Source: Azolla caroliniana (Eukaryota; Plantae; Polypodiophyta). Taken from it: a stretch of 64,000 nucleotides of DNA. The stretch spans positions 20,522,001 through 20,586,000 of the forward strand of contig JBHGNT010000010.1 of assembly GCA_043228905.1 (NCBI GenBank), given 5' to 3'. Under the pieces are notes generated by a model. That model did not search any database and was not told the origin of the DNA. It saw only the letters and a program-made list of their open reading frames with translations. The translations under genes were made by a program, and so were the position numbers. Positions 23,873-37,503 of the stretch are shown one piece after another (position 1 is the stretch's first letter; the number at the start of each line of letters is the position of its first letter).

Positions 23873-24670
23873 TAGCAATGGGCCTTCAAACCAAACCAAA
23901 CCAAACCAAACCAAACCAACCCCTTGAATTATTTTTGGCATGATTGGTAATTGGGAAGCATGTGATTATAAAATCAAAGGTCACAACTGACCAGATTCAT
24001 GTCGAACATGTTTGGACATTGTAGTATATACCAGCTGGTTCGGTTTCTTGGCCTTCAAACCAAACCAAACCATTTATTCATAATAAAAACCGAACCAAAC
24101 TGTTTAAAATTTATGAAGCCATTTAAACCAAACCAAACCAAACCATTTTTGACAAATATTGATCATCATACTTATTATAAATTTGTGTGAGAAAATCATC
24201 ATAAATTTGTTCATCAAAGTGATCATAAATTTTGTCATCATACTTATGATAAATTTGATAATCATACTTATGATAAATTTGATAATCATACTTATGATAA
24301 ATTTGATAATCATACTTATGATAAATTAGTCATCATACTTATCATAAATTTGATCATCACAAACGAAAAGGAGACTTTGCATATAATGCATATAAAATTT
24401 AATAAGTTAAAACTAGGGTTTAAAATAAAATTTGAAAGTTAAAGCCTATAGGGAAAATTTACGAGTATTCTTTACCTATAAACCTTTAAATCGAACCACA
24501 TAAACCGAAACCGATAAGCCGATAAACCCTAAACTGATAAGCTGATAAGCCCTACAATGAAATTCAAAACCGAAACCAAACCAAACTATTTATTTATCTT
24601 CGAACCAATAAACCGGTACACCATGGTTTAACAGTGCGGTTTGGTTTGAGCCAAAACCAGGCCAATGCTA
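23873..24670. mobile_element. Non-autonomous hAT-type element (MITE)
   Basis: TIRs TAGCAATGGGCC / GGCCAATGCTA, perfect 8-bp TSD AATGGAAA (23865-23872 / 24671-24678), subterminal AAACC(G) arrays. Confidence 0.9.
24160..24360. repeat. 24-bp minisatellite inside the MITE
   Basis: ataatcatacttatgataaatttg repeated about 8 times. Confidence 0.88.
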
Positions 24671-25879
24671 AATGGAAATTCATTGGTACTTTCAGCTTGT
24701 TTTTTTTCCTTACATTGATGTTTGTTATTCCCTATTTTACTAGTACTTAACCTGTTCTGATTCAGCTCCTTACATAGTGGATGCATAATGCTTCTTTTTG
24801 TGGAGTGTGGATACATTATAGACATTTATTCATAGTAATTGAGTATGTTTTGGTGAATACATACAAATTCTTTTGTTATTCCTTGTAAATTACACAAAAT
24901 AATGACAATTTGGTAGCTATGATAAGTTTTGGTTTATTAATGGATTGAGCAACTTATGTTGAAAGATAACAAGAGCACACCTTAATGGACGAAGAAAACA
25001 TGCAAATAATGAGATAAAAGTCACCAATCATGGGATTGTAAAAAGGAATATGCAATAATCCTATTCAATGTTGTTTTTTGTTCTAGCGAAATATCCACCG
25101 TATATACCCTTATAATTAGGGTCCTTAAGCACACCCAACATGTGTTTTGGTAAGAGTGGACCCCTAACATGATAGTTTGATGTATAATGTTTTTTTTGAA
25201 GTAAATAGAATGATGTCATTTTAATGACAATAATTTTAGTCTGATGAACGCATGAATATAAATGTTGAAGATAAGGTTAGGTGGGCATTTTTACGTCTTT
25301 TGTTATTATTTTGCGGTGGTCAGTACTGAAGGATGTACATATCGAATAGAATCATCAACCTTTCCTTCAAAAGATTTATTATCTTAAACTCAGAAACGTA
25401 TGCCATTTGACATCTATCTCTACAATGGTTGAGAGATGTATTAAAATGTGGAACTTTTGTTCAAGATACAAAACTTCATTGGCATTTCATCATCAATTCA
25501 TATGTTGACCCAATGGTGATACCTATCATAGATATATCACATCATAAGCTTGAGTTTGAGGGCCGCGTGGCATTTGGGACCAAATTTAAATACATGTAAA
25601 CTAAAGTAAGCATCAAAATACATGTTGAACATACATTGCATTAGTGAACATACATCAACTGTGTTTTTTTACTACCAAAAGCCTTGGATTTCAAAAGGCC
25701 CATCTTGATCCAACATTAGGTGAGTATAGAAACAAATTTGTTGTCTTCTTTGTATCAAGGCCCACCATCTTGTCGAAAACGGGTATCTTGAATATAACAA
25801 TTTGTAGATGTGATTGATGTCACTTTTGTTGTGATTATTATTTTTATATCGACGAAGGGGAAACATGTTACTGTAATTT

Positions 25880-25981
25880 CATGTGCGCGTGTGTGTGCGC
25901 GTGCATGAGTGCATGTGTGTGTGTGTGCGTGTGTGCGTGCGTGCGTGCGTGCGTATACATGCATGCGTGTGTGTGTGTGTG
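25880..25981. repeat. (GT/GC)n compound microsatellite
   Basis: gtgtgtgcgtgtgtgcgtgcgtgcg... Confidence 0.85.
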
Positions 25982-27309
25982 ACCCTCAGGCTCCAACTAG
26001 AAGACAAAATTTCGATCATTTTAGTATGATCCTACCCTCCTACCAAATCTATATATTTTACAAACTCGTATTTATGTTTGGGGTAACATCTCCATACAAG
26101 CTTAATCAATGCATCCTAACTTTTATAGTAGTGCAAATGATAGCACCTAATTTTTTATTCATTTCATAGTGGTATCATGATACATTTATGTATTAGATGC
26201 AATTGAGGTGGGCATTAGATAATCTATCAAATATAAAAGAACAACGGAGTTTGCCCTCGTATGTGAAGGAATGTCTAACTCCTCCCTACGCATTAACCCA
26301 TGAATAACTATTGCATTCATCACACAAACTGTAAACCTTGTTGCCAATGAAGCAAATCTATTTGAACGGCTTATCTTATGTTGTGCACTTTACTACTGTA
26401 GACTTTCAAGTAGCCAATCAATAACAACAATGGCAAGTGGTGGTTATAGGTGCTTGTTTGCATGGTCACTTGAAAATTTACATTCACAAACCATCAAGTT
26501 CATTTTATGCTTATTTAATAGTTTTGATATGCTTAAAAGTGGTGAAACAAAAATATTCACATTACAACATAATATTTTTGGGTGCAAATAGTTAGACATA
26601 ATATCCTATCAACTCAACTACTACATATCCTATCTAATATCTATACAACAAAGGCATTGGTGGGGTGGACAAGAGAAACCAAAGGGTAAGGTATTAGAAG
26701 TTCAGGATGATGCAATACATACATTATGATTTCCATCCAATGATTACCAGGCGAATGCTAGCTTGGATAATAATAGTTATGTTGTTTGGAAATAGACCTT
26801 AACATGTATTGATAGCACTCAAAGCTATTTTGAATCTAGAGGCTCTATACTATGTGTCACTTGTCGAAAGGAAGTGCACAACTATCTTGTAGAGGCGCAT
26901 TGCCACTTTTTAGTGTATGAGTGTGTGATTTCTCTACATTGATTGAGTACTATATCCATTCACATGATATGCCACTAAGTTCTATCATCAAACCCTTAGA
27001 GATAAGATGGAAGTCAATAATCTTTATCGACACTAATTTTATTTGCAAACGCAACACACATAACATCCATGAATATTGTCCCGTAAAACGAATTGGAGTC
27101 ATGATCTATATTCTACTCCTATTCTGCAATGAGGATGAACCAACAAAACTACATTTATTCTTTGGAGAACCACATGTACATTTTGTTGAGAGATAGAATG
27201 ATTAAAAAATACAAGCATTGGGCAACCTGGATGAAAAATAAATTATTATTTCTTTAGTCCCTCACATGCGTGCCATAACCTTAGTGTTTGTGACTTGAGG
27301 TCTCATTTG

Positions 27310-27565
27310 GTGCATCATGGGACAGATTGTGTTCACGTGGGTTCTAATCCATGACATGGTCAAAGGCTAATCCATAGAATAAAGTATTGTGATCATTCTT
27401 ACCTTTTTAGTGGTGGGGCTTGTGAGAAGGCGGCTTTATTGGGTGCATCATGGGTATGGACATATCGTGTTCATGTGGGTTGTTCATGACGTGGTCAAAA
27501 GTAAACACATCAAATAGAGCATTGTGATCATTTTGACATTTATAGTGATGGGTCGTGTGAGAAGA
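27310..27565. repeat. Diverged tandem duplication (~130 bp)
   Basis: ggtgcatcatggg...tggtcaaa...attgtgatcatt...gtgagaag occurs twice. Confidence 0.7.
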
Positions 27566-28766
27566 AGGATTGTAATTACAATGAAGCTTCGTGGTTGACT
27601 TGGCTATGAAATATTCTTGGAAGCCAAAGTAAGATCTCTATGTTGGTGGTTTCACAAGTAATTCAATAGGTGTACATAACCTTTTATAATTGGCAAATTG
27701 GGGTAATTTTCTGAGTAAATAAGATTACTCTTTAAATCTCAATAACATGTGTACAATTTATAGCTAGCATTATATACCGTTACGAGTGCTAGCCTAAAAC
27801 ACAGTAATCATGGACGTAAAAAATTTCAAAAATAAAACAATCATGGTTATTTTGTAAATGTTAAAAAGATGAATGTTCTAAATTTATGTTGCAAATATGT
27901 TGCATTTTGAAGGAGGCATGAATACGAAAGAACAAAAATAGAGGAATAGCAAGAGAAATTAACAATTCGAATGAACGTGCATTGATTAATATGTCTTTAC
28001 AAAATAGCTTAGAGATGAAGTGACGGATGAACATTTTGTTTTTGTGCAATCACAAGCATACCCTTGTGAATGCCACCCATTTACTCACATTTAAAAGGAC
28101 ATCCATGTGCGACAAAAGGTTTTCAGGCCCTAGGATCTCTTTGGTTTTTGGATTAGTAATTAATATACCAGAAATTGAAAGGAGCTTGTGGGGACATGTT
28201 TGGAGCTAGTGTTTTATATCATTGTTTCCTTTGATCTTCCCTCCATTGACTTGATATCTTTTATTCTCTTAGACTTCAGCACCACTCTTTTTTATGATGA
28301 TGTTCTTTATGGGTATGGGCGGCGAATGTGATTCAATTTCTTCAACTTATGTTTAAGGGCCTTGCCACATTCAATTCATGTTGTAAGGAAATATGTTGGC
28401 AAATATCTATGTTAGCCATAACCTTAATTGCACATTTTGTCCACGTGAAAAACACAAGCAACTTATAATCCTCTATTCGTAGGTTCTTTTAAAAGATGCT
28501 AATCTCGGCGGTGTCAAAACAAACAAGTGTTCATTAGTGTGTTCGCTCTTCTATGTAGATGTTAGTCTTTCATATGTTGATATAAAATGTGAGGGTAGAT
28601 AGATATATTTTAATTATTGTCCTCATAGATCAATTGTAGAGGTAAATGAGTGCTTAAACAAGATTGAAAATGAGTATGCATTGAGAGAGAGAGAGAGAGA
28701 GAGAAAGTACTACATTAACCTCTTAAACAGGCCAAGATAATCTATCAGACAAGATAAATTACATCT

Positions 28767-28940
28767 AACGAGATCTCTTACAATGGCTAATATCAAGAAA
28801 ATAAACAAAAGACGTTGTAATAAGTTGCGCAAAGCAATATTTGCCAAAATAAAAACGAGATCTCTTACAATGGCTAATATCAAGAAAATAAACAAAAGAC
28901 GTTGTAATAAGTTGCGCCAAGCAAGATTTGCCAAAATAAT
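28767..28940. repeat. ~87-bp tandem duplication
   Basis: aacgagatctcttacaatggctaatatcaagaaaataaacaaaagacgttgtaataagttgcgc..agcaa.atttgccaaaataa occurs twice. Confidence 0.92.
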
Positions 28941-30801
28941 TTGCATCTAGATTTGGAGGCACAAGGTTAATTAAATATCAATAATCTTAAGGTGCCTAAT
29001 CAAGGATGGCGTGCCAAAATTGTTGATGCAATCACCACTTATATTATTAAGAGAAAGAAAGAACCCTAGAATGAAAATTTGGCTTATATGAACGAAATAA
29101 ATGTTTCGTGCAAGACACATCAATGAATTTTGCAATTGAGAATCCTTAGTTTGTGAGAGAAAGTTGTAAAAGGATAGAACATGTTTGAATATGTGGTAAA
29201 TGCAACTTGTAATGTTATTGAAGGTTGAGGTTCAAAGCAAAGTGGGATCAAAGTATAGCTAACTTGCACTAGGCATAATGTTAGAGACAAATCGAATACA
29301 TTCAAGTTCTCAATGTTGTCGTGAAGGCCTAATTTGGCGTAAGGAAGAATGAACAAAGTGTAAATTGGAGCTTCACTTAATGTTTAAACCAAATAGCCTA
29401 TGAAGTCATAAGAAAGAATGAACATGAGTGTATGTTGGTGCTTAGCTTAACGAAAGTATTGAACTCCATACAACATGGCCTTCAAGTATATGGAAATACA
29501 CAATGCTACATTTGCCGTGTGGGGTAGGAGTACACATGTGGATGGATGCCCCCAAAGCACCCTTTCACATGCTTCTACAATACCAAATGCTTTGATACCC
29601 CATGATATACATTACAATGATGTAGGCTCAAATGCAATACGGCTATTGACTTTGCAACTTTGTACATGAGACACACGGCGTATAGGTTGCATGATGTTCA
29701 TCAAACTTAACTCTAACATATATGCCATAAATATCAGGAAGGTGTCCAATCAATCGTGTTAAAAGAAAGATCCATAATGACCAACATTATCAATGATCAC
29801 ATCCCTCTCAAAGAATTGCTAGTGGGTATTACTCTTTTTAGGCCCCATGAACTCCATTCATCACATGCACACTCGCAAGCTCTCCACATACACACGTTAT
29901 TAGAATGTGAGCCTCATAGCTTCGACATCCACCAATGATGGCCCTTTCTCTCTTGTGGGGGTGTTCCAAGCAATTTGGAGGTTCAGATGTCTATAGTCTA
30001 ACAAGTTAGAGGCTCAAATGTCTCTAATCTAGCAATTTGGAGCCTTGGGTGTCTCAAACATACAAAAAACACATTCGACTACTGAGGGTGCAATAATCTC
30101 CCTAGCACAAGTCATTAAGTCAGTAGTAACCGAAGATATGATCAATGATATGAAGAGAGTTGCTTCTTGTTCTACACCATTCTCTTCATATGTTTTTCAG
30201 AGTCTCTTGGGGCCTCCTATACACACACATGCGCGCGCATACATACATACATACATACGTACGTACGTACGTACGTAAATACATACATACATACATACAT
30301 ATGCATAGCAAATCAGAATACGCTCAACTGGTAGAGAACTTACATGAAGAAATAATTTGGTAAATAAGTACAATAGAATATATGTACATATGTATATGCA
30401 TAGCAAATCAGAAAAAGCTCAAATGGTAGAATGAAGAAATAATTTAGTATGTAAATAAGTACATACATACATTGTACATACAACATAAAACAAATAGAAA
30501 ATGAATGTATTTATTTGTTTAATCAGTTGTGCATTTTGACCAGTACAAGTAGAACTGGTACTGCCACTCTGTTTTGAACTGCAGCTCTCCATTACTTCTC
30601 TCTCTCTGATCTCTCTCAGATCTCTCTCTCTCTCTGATCTCTCTCTCATATATATATAGGTATATGTATATATATATGGGTTATTCCTTTTCTGGTGTAT
30701 CTTAACTGTTTTCGATCTGAACACAGCCTATTGCTCTTCCTCCCTTCCTTCTCATCTTCCTCTTCCTCTGCCAAACATCTGCTTTCTGTTCCTCTCTACA
30801 A

Positions 30802-30852
<51 letters not shown>

Positions 30853-31009
30853 CACACTCACTGTCACGCAATACTTACAATCTGATATTTATATATCTTG
30901 GAAGCTGCTCCTTCTTTTACTCTCTCCTCCTGTCTCCTGGCGCCCCCATTCAGGTATTTAAGCTTTGTTTAGGCTTTCTTACGATGCATGATGTTCATCT
31001 GCACAATTC

Positions 31010-32260
31010 TTTTCTAGGATCAGTGTGGTGTGTGATATATACATGTGTTCCACCAGGATTTTTATACATATGTGTGTATGTTTTCTAGGGGTTTTGTGAT
31101 TTTCCGGCTACATATGTTTTTGTTTAGCACCTGATATGATTTTTAGGGATTTTATGACGTGTCAATCACATTGTATGTTTATTAGGGTTTTAATGATGCG
31201 TGATACATATTTTATGGGTTTTAGGGATTTTCGGATGCGTCAGATACATATGCCTATGTTTTAAAGGGATTGAATGATGTATGGCATTCATATAGGTATA
31301 TTTTGTAGGTTTTTTATGATGTATAACATCCATATGATACCTTTTATCTTATCTTTAATGTATGAAATATATATATATATATATATATATTTCAACAGTT
31401 TTTATGATGTTCGAGCCATATACATAAATATTCAGGGATTTATACGATATCAGAGAATGAAATTGTATTTTTTTAGTGTTTTCTATGATGCCTGAGATAC
31501 TTACAGGTATGTTCTAGGGTTTTGAGATACATAATTGATGTTTTAGGGTTTTTTTCTGATGGCTGATATGTAGAGGGTATGCATTATTTCTAGCATGGAT
31601 GCAAAGTATTTTATCGGTATTTTCAGAAATGTCTGATCCACGTACAATTATGTTTTAGCATCAGGTCTAAAATGCTTCTCTTTATGGTTTTCAGCCCCCA
31701 TCGGAGAGACTTTGATCCCGAAAAGAGTCGTAATTGCCCTGGATCAGAGTTCAGGTATGTTTTCCAGGGTTTGGTAATGTCTGAGATACATAAACACATT
31801 TTCTTTTGTGTTGTAACGATGTCTGAGACGTATTGCTTTGTAATTCCCAGGCCTGATCTTAGTTTCAGCATTGTCATCACTTTTCTGGATTCGTGCTTCT
31901 CCATCTGGTATGTTCCTAATGGTTTCCATTCATACTATAAGGTTTTTATGATGTCTGTATGTACTTGGTCTTTATGATGCCCACAGCTATGTCCAAAGTT
32001 GGTTTCTGGCATACATATGTACTTGCATGTTCTAGGGTTTCTACAATGATATTAGGACATTGTAATATAGGTTTGTTTTTATGTCTACAGGTATGTTTGA
32101 TTGGTTTTATGATGTCCGCTGTCCAAGATGCAGACATGCATGTTCTAGGGGTTTATAGTGTCCAAGGTTCATAAACATTTGTTCTCTGTTTTGATGGTGT
32201 CCAATATTATATACATGTATACTCTAGGGTTTAATGATGTTCGAGTTACAGTACCTATGT
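31010..32260 (+). repeat. Degenerate ~40-bp repeat array in the GGP leader intron
   Basis: Recurrent consensus like tatgttctagggttttatgatgtctgagatacata. Confidence 0.6.
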
Positions 32261-32546
32261 TATGTGCTGTCTGTCAGAACATTCAAGCATCATCTGACCA
32301 TCATTAGATACCTTTAGCCTTTTCTTACAACATGCATAGATTTTTAGGGGAAAATTCTGAAATAAAAATACCTTTGAAATTTTCTTTCATCTCCCCAAAT
32401 GGCCCTGTTTATTTCCCGAAAATCAATGATGTTTCATAGTTTTCCATAGATTTTGTCCTCATAAAACACACACACATGCTATGTATGACAGGCTTCTCTG
32501 AGACGGGCGGCGGAATTTACAAAGTTAGTAAAGTTGGAGGGTCATC

Positions 32547-32771
32547 ACGGCTTTGAAAATTAGGCCTCTCGCAGATCTTCGCCAGTGCACATATGCAAGG
32601 AAGAGCCACGATTCTTTCCTGCTTGTGAGTTCTCCTTCTTTTCACGGCGGCCGGGGTGCCACCCCTGCTGAGGGCGGGCAACCTTCAGACCTCCAATATT
32701 TAGCAGGGGGAGGTACCTACCCTTCCTTCCTTTCGAGGCTTTCTGTTTCTTCCTATACAAGGAGAAGCTGA
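32547..32771 (+). CDS. Conserved non-AUG (ACG) uORF peptide of GGP, 74 aa
   Basis: ATCACG start context at 32544-32549; encodes SPSFHGGRGATPAEGGQPSDLQYLAGGG, matching the known GGP uORF motif; stops 38 nt before the main ATG. Confidence 0.93.
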   Translation, partial: TALKIRPLADLRQCTYARKSHDSFLLVSSPSFHGGRGATPAEGGQPSDLQYLAGGGTYPSFLSRLSVSSYTRRS

Positions 32772-32809
32772 AAAGTTATCGATACCGTGAAGGGTGTGAG
32801 AAGAAAAAC

Positions 32810-35251
32810 ATGCTTACTATAAAGAAAATCCCAACGGTTGTCTCTATCTATCAAGATGGTGGCGTGGAGCGCCCTGGCTGTGGAAGGAACTGCCTTGGTC
32901 CTTGTTGTATTCCAGGTGAGTGTTTTTTTCCACTCATTTTCTCATAGACATGTAAACATTTCTTTGTTAACGAGGTTGTGATAAACATCAGAGAACATAA
33001 GTTGAATCTAAATATTTGAGTTAACTAGGTTATTCATGTAGATATGAAAACATGAGAAATTTGTTAATATTTCTATGTTTACTAGGTTGTTTTTGTAGAT
33101 GTGTAACACGTTTGATGATAACATGGTTGATTGCTTACCATATGTTGTCGGTTTCTTTATGTGATGAGGGAAGGCTCACTTAATGAATGTACATGCTTCA
33201 ATGCAGTGTACTCTATAATAATCTTTTGACTAATATGTTTTTCAGGGGCTAAGCTGCCAGTATACATATTTTCTGGAGACAAGCTGAAAGGTCAGTGCCA
33301 TGGTGTGCTTGCGTCATCAGATAGTGACTCTGAAAACGCAGATTCTCAGAGTGGAATATTCCTCGACTCTCTTCTACTTGCACAGGTTTCTACTACAATT
33401 TGTCTTTTGAGTAGAAATAATATGGAACATGTTCTCACTATCACTGGATGCACATTTCTTAGTGGGATCTAATGCAAATCTGACATTATCTTTGTTTACA
33501 GTGGGAGGAACGGTCTGCACGTGGATTATTCCGCTATGATGTGACAGCTTGTGAGACCAAGGTATGTGTGTATTGATAAAGTTGAAGTGATCTTGTTTTT
33601 ATTAAAATTATTTGTTATGATTCTAAAGATAGGATGCGTTTGGGTGTGAAGGTTCTTCCTGGGGAATTTGGATTTATAGCTCAACTTAATGAAGGAAGGC
33701 ATCTAAAGAAACGTCCAACAGAATTTCGTGTAGATCAAGTTCTTCAATGTTTTGATGCCAAAAAGTTCAATTTCACTAAAGTGGGTCAAGAAGAAGTGTT
33801 ATTCTGTTTTGAGGAGAGCAAAGACTATGGGGGTTACTGCGATGAAATGGTGGTTGGCAAGAGCCCAAATATCATTGCAATTAATGTAAGATTTTTGCCT
33901 CGCATTTTCGTTCTTTAGTGGAATACCAATAAGCTTTCAAAACATTACCGGCGTGACCCTCTGTAGAAGTAAATGTTATCTTAGTGTGTTTTCCTGTAAT
34001 GTGTCATTATGGCATAACATTTTTCTGTTATTGATTCATTTGCAGGTTAGTCCAATTGAATATGGCCATGTGTTACTGGTGCCAAAACTGCTTGATTGCA
34101 AGCCACAGCAAATAGATGAAGCAAGCTTTCGCCTTGCGTTGAACTTTGCTGTGGAAGCTCAGAACCCGAGTTTCCGTGTCGGTTACAATAGTCTTGGAGC
34201 ATTTGCGACTATTAATCATTTGCACTTTCAGGTAATTTTATCATACATTGGGAGAAGATTGTCATTTTGTATTAAACAAAAGATGATCAACTTTTTGACA
34301 TTAAAAAAGAATTTTTCTTTTACAATTGAATGCAATTTTATCTTCCTTTGGCATTCAGAGGATTGTCCTTAAGAAAATTTCATTTTTCTCTTGGCATTAC
34401 GAGATTACTGTATCTATGTAACTATTGGACAAACTTTTTTCTTTCTTTTGGCATGTAGAGATCTCTTTACCATTTGACAATAATTTAGAGAAAAAGTAAC
34501 AGTTTATTATTTTTATATTGGATGATAAGTATTTTTGTACTATGGGGCTTGTGTGCATGTAGGCTTATTACCTTGCAGCTCCTTTCCCTGTGGAACGAGC
34601 TGAAGTGAAGAGAATTGGGACTCTCAAGAAAATGAAAGCATCAGTAAAAGTATTTGAACTAGCCAATTATGCAGTGCGTGGATTAGTATATGAATGTGTT
34701 GACGGTTTGGATTATTTGGCTGAATGTGTTGCTAGAGCTTGTATAAGTCTACAAGAGAACAATATTCCATTCAATGTCCTCATTGCTGACTGTGGAATGC
34801 GAGTTTTTCTTTTTCCTCAGGTATTAATGGCTCCACCTTTTTGTTCTTGGAAAATATTAATAATTTATTCACGATGAATGCTAACATCATATCATTCCTA
34901 TGTAATGGACAGTGCTTTGCTGAAAAACAAGCCCTAGGTCTGGTCGATCAAAGCATTTTGGATACTCAGGTCAATCCAGCTGTGTGGGAAATTAGTGGAC
35001 ACATTGTGTTGAAACAAAGAGAAGATTATGAATCTGTGACTGAAGATTATGCATGGAAACTACTTGCTGAAGTATCTGTGTCGGGGGAGAAGTTTTCTCA
35101 AGTGAAAAAGCTATGCCTCGAGGCTTCATGGAAAGAAGGTAATGTTATACTGAAAGACAACATGTTCTCTTTCATGCCAGAACAGAGTATCAGTGGAAAA
35201 AACCAGGCGAAGAACTTCAGATCTATGTCCTTGCAGGAAACAACTGTCTAG
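32810..35251 (+). CDS. VTC2: GDP-L-galactose phosphorylase; exons 32810-32915, 33246-33385, 33502-33561, 33652-33885, 34046-34231, 34563-34820, 34913-35251
   Basis: MLTIKKIPTVVS, GCGRNCLGPCC, GLFRYDVTACETK, LNEGRHLKKRPTEFRVD, INVSPIEYGHVLL, GAFATINHLHFQ (HIT-like motif), TQVNPAVWEISGH. All introns GT-AG and in frame. Confidence 0.97.
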
Positions 35252-37503
35252 ATGAAGTTTTCTGTTTATTTAATTTCTATCGCATTTAACATCTATGGTT
35301 TCATTTAGTACCATTGAAAGATTTACTGCATGAATGATTGTAGTTGTCTTTTAGTATCATCATGATTTACCATAGCAATGGTTGTATTTTTCATTTCATA
35401 CCATCAAGAGATCCACTACACCAGTGTTGGTATTTCAGATGGTAAAACAGAGCTTTTGAACATCCCAATCATTTCCATTTAGTGATTAGATTTGCCACAA
35501 CATATCCTTTCTTTTTGCTGCAGTAATCCCATAAGATGTGTTTGGCATATATAAATAATCTCGTTTCTTGCTTAATATCCATTGGCATGCTCTTTTCAAC
35601 ACCATGGCATAGAACTTAACACGGAGCACTCAGCACTCATTACAAAATGTATGTATTACGCTCTTTGCTGCCCACAATGTTGCATAGTGAGAACTAAATA
35701 TCTACTTTTCTGTTCTTAACTTTTCTATGTTTAAGAATACACACTTCACACAGATCGAGCACCATCATGATCACATCATCACTTCCCACCTTGACTTAAT
35801 TGACTGTACATGAGTGTGTACTTTGATGATGACATTGCTTAAAACGGTTCTCATTCAGAATTAGCATCACAGATGAAAAGGATTGTGCCTGACTGGCATA
35901 CTTCTTTAGTTACAATTTTTTTCTCAGCACCACAAACAGGGGTGTATTTTACTCAAAATGTTACGGCATTCGATAAATAATATAAATTCCACCAATATAT
36001 GTGCTGAGAATTCAAATACTGGTGTACTAAATAAACCAACATGTCATATGAGGATATTAATATGTTCCTTTCTTTCCCATTATGCTTACAATTGCAGATT
36101 ATGTTTGCCTTTCTGGTCAACATGAAGCTCAAATAATCACATTAACTGACTTGTTTATATAGGATATCCTTGATGGTTTTGAAACTAAGAGGGGTTAGTT
36201 TTTTACATTAGCCCTATGTAAGGACACCTTATTATGAGATGGAAGATATAAATAAATAAAAGAAAAATGCATGTAAACTTCTTTAGTAATTTTACTTATG
36301 TAGGGCAAATAAATAAGTACAAGAAAACCCCCATCGTAAAGATCATGAGATGAAGTGGGAATAAAGAAAGAAGGAAAATCCAATTGTAAGCATAATTTGT
36401 TTTTTTAGCAATTTGTGAGCTTATTCAGAAGTCTTTGTGCATAAAGACATTGGGTTCAATTCTCTCTTTGGCCTAGGTTGCACTCTTCACTGGATTCGTC
36501 CATCTCTTTTGTTTAGCCAAATTATTCTTCTCAAAATTTGTCCCATCTCCTCGTCACTTTTGATTTACAACACATTCACATGTCATTAGGCATAAATTGG
36601 GATGCACAATGTGGCATGGGGTCAGTCTCAACTTGATGGACGACTAGTGTGTTTACAATTGGTGGATAGTCGATGGATGAATGACTCACACCCATGCAGG
36701 ATGTTTCATTAAGTCCTTGAAAATGGAGAAGCTTTGGACTAGGACCTGCATGACAACAGGGTTGGGTGGTTGACCGTTAGTGAGGGCTAGGATGTTCCAA
36801 TCATGGTGTAGAGGGTGCTTTTGGTGAAGCCCATCAGGGTGACATGCAAATGGGCTCAATTGCTTGAAGCTAAATTAAGATGGTGGCAAGAATTCACGAG
36901 GAAGTTGGCTGCCATGTAACAATGGTGGTGTGGTTCTTGAACATAGAGATCTGATTAGTTTCTTTGTTCAACTCTGTTTCAAGTACCATCTATAATAATG
37001 AATCACATCTACCAAACATTTGAAGAACCCTTGAACCCATGTTTGCCAGAACTAAAAAGTCTATATTTGATCAATATTTATAAACCTTTAGATACATCGA
37101 AATGCTAATCGGAATCTTACATGCTGGTATATGTAACAGTACCAGACTCTTACAGCACCTAAATCGAGAGCACGGGTTAAATATTCACCATTTCCTCAAT
37201 TACAGATGGAAAACGCAACATAAAAGGTTGTACCTTTTTTATTTACACTAGAATTTAAATATGTATGTATAGATATCATTTCTATTTAGAATAAATTTCC
37301 CAGAGAACATCAATCGGTGTGATGGTCTTGGAGAAATCACATGTTAATAATTCTAATGGAGGACTGAGTTTGTTTTTTTTGCCTTGATAGTCATCAATTG
37401 GACTAATCATAAAAGATACAAATCTAAGCAGATTATCTGATCTCTTATTACGGACGTTTTCCCACTATACCAGACATCACAAGCTACAAATGATCCTCTT
37501 TCA

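Larger units (their letters stand above)
30700..32809 (+). promoter_or_regulatory. GGP 5' leader: CT/CA-rich first exon, intron 30954-32491, uORF-bearing exon
   Basis: Pyrimidine-rich leader after TATA-like runs; CAG|GTATT donor at 30953/30954; ACAG acceptor at 32491. TSS is inferred. Confidence 0.6.

Noticed and set aside
24160-24360. Regular 24-bp repeats resembling a CRISPR array, or the MIIKFIIS repeat ORF
   Set aside because: No unique spacers, eukaryotic context, and it lies within a MITE; it is a minisatellite
26600-30150. Possible LINE or other TE remnants
   Set aside because: Too degraded to assign a family or boundaries by eye
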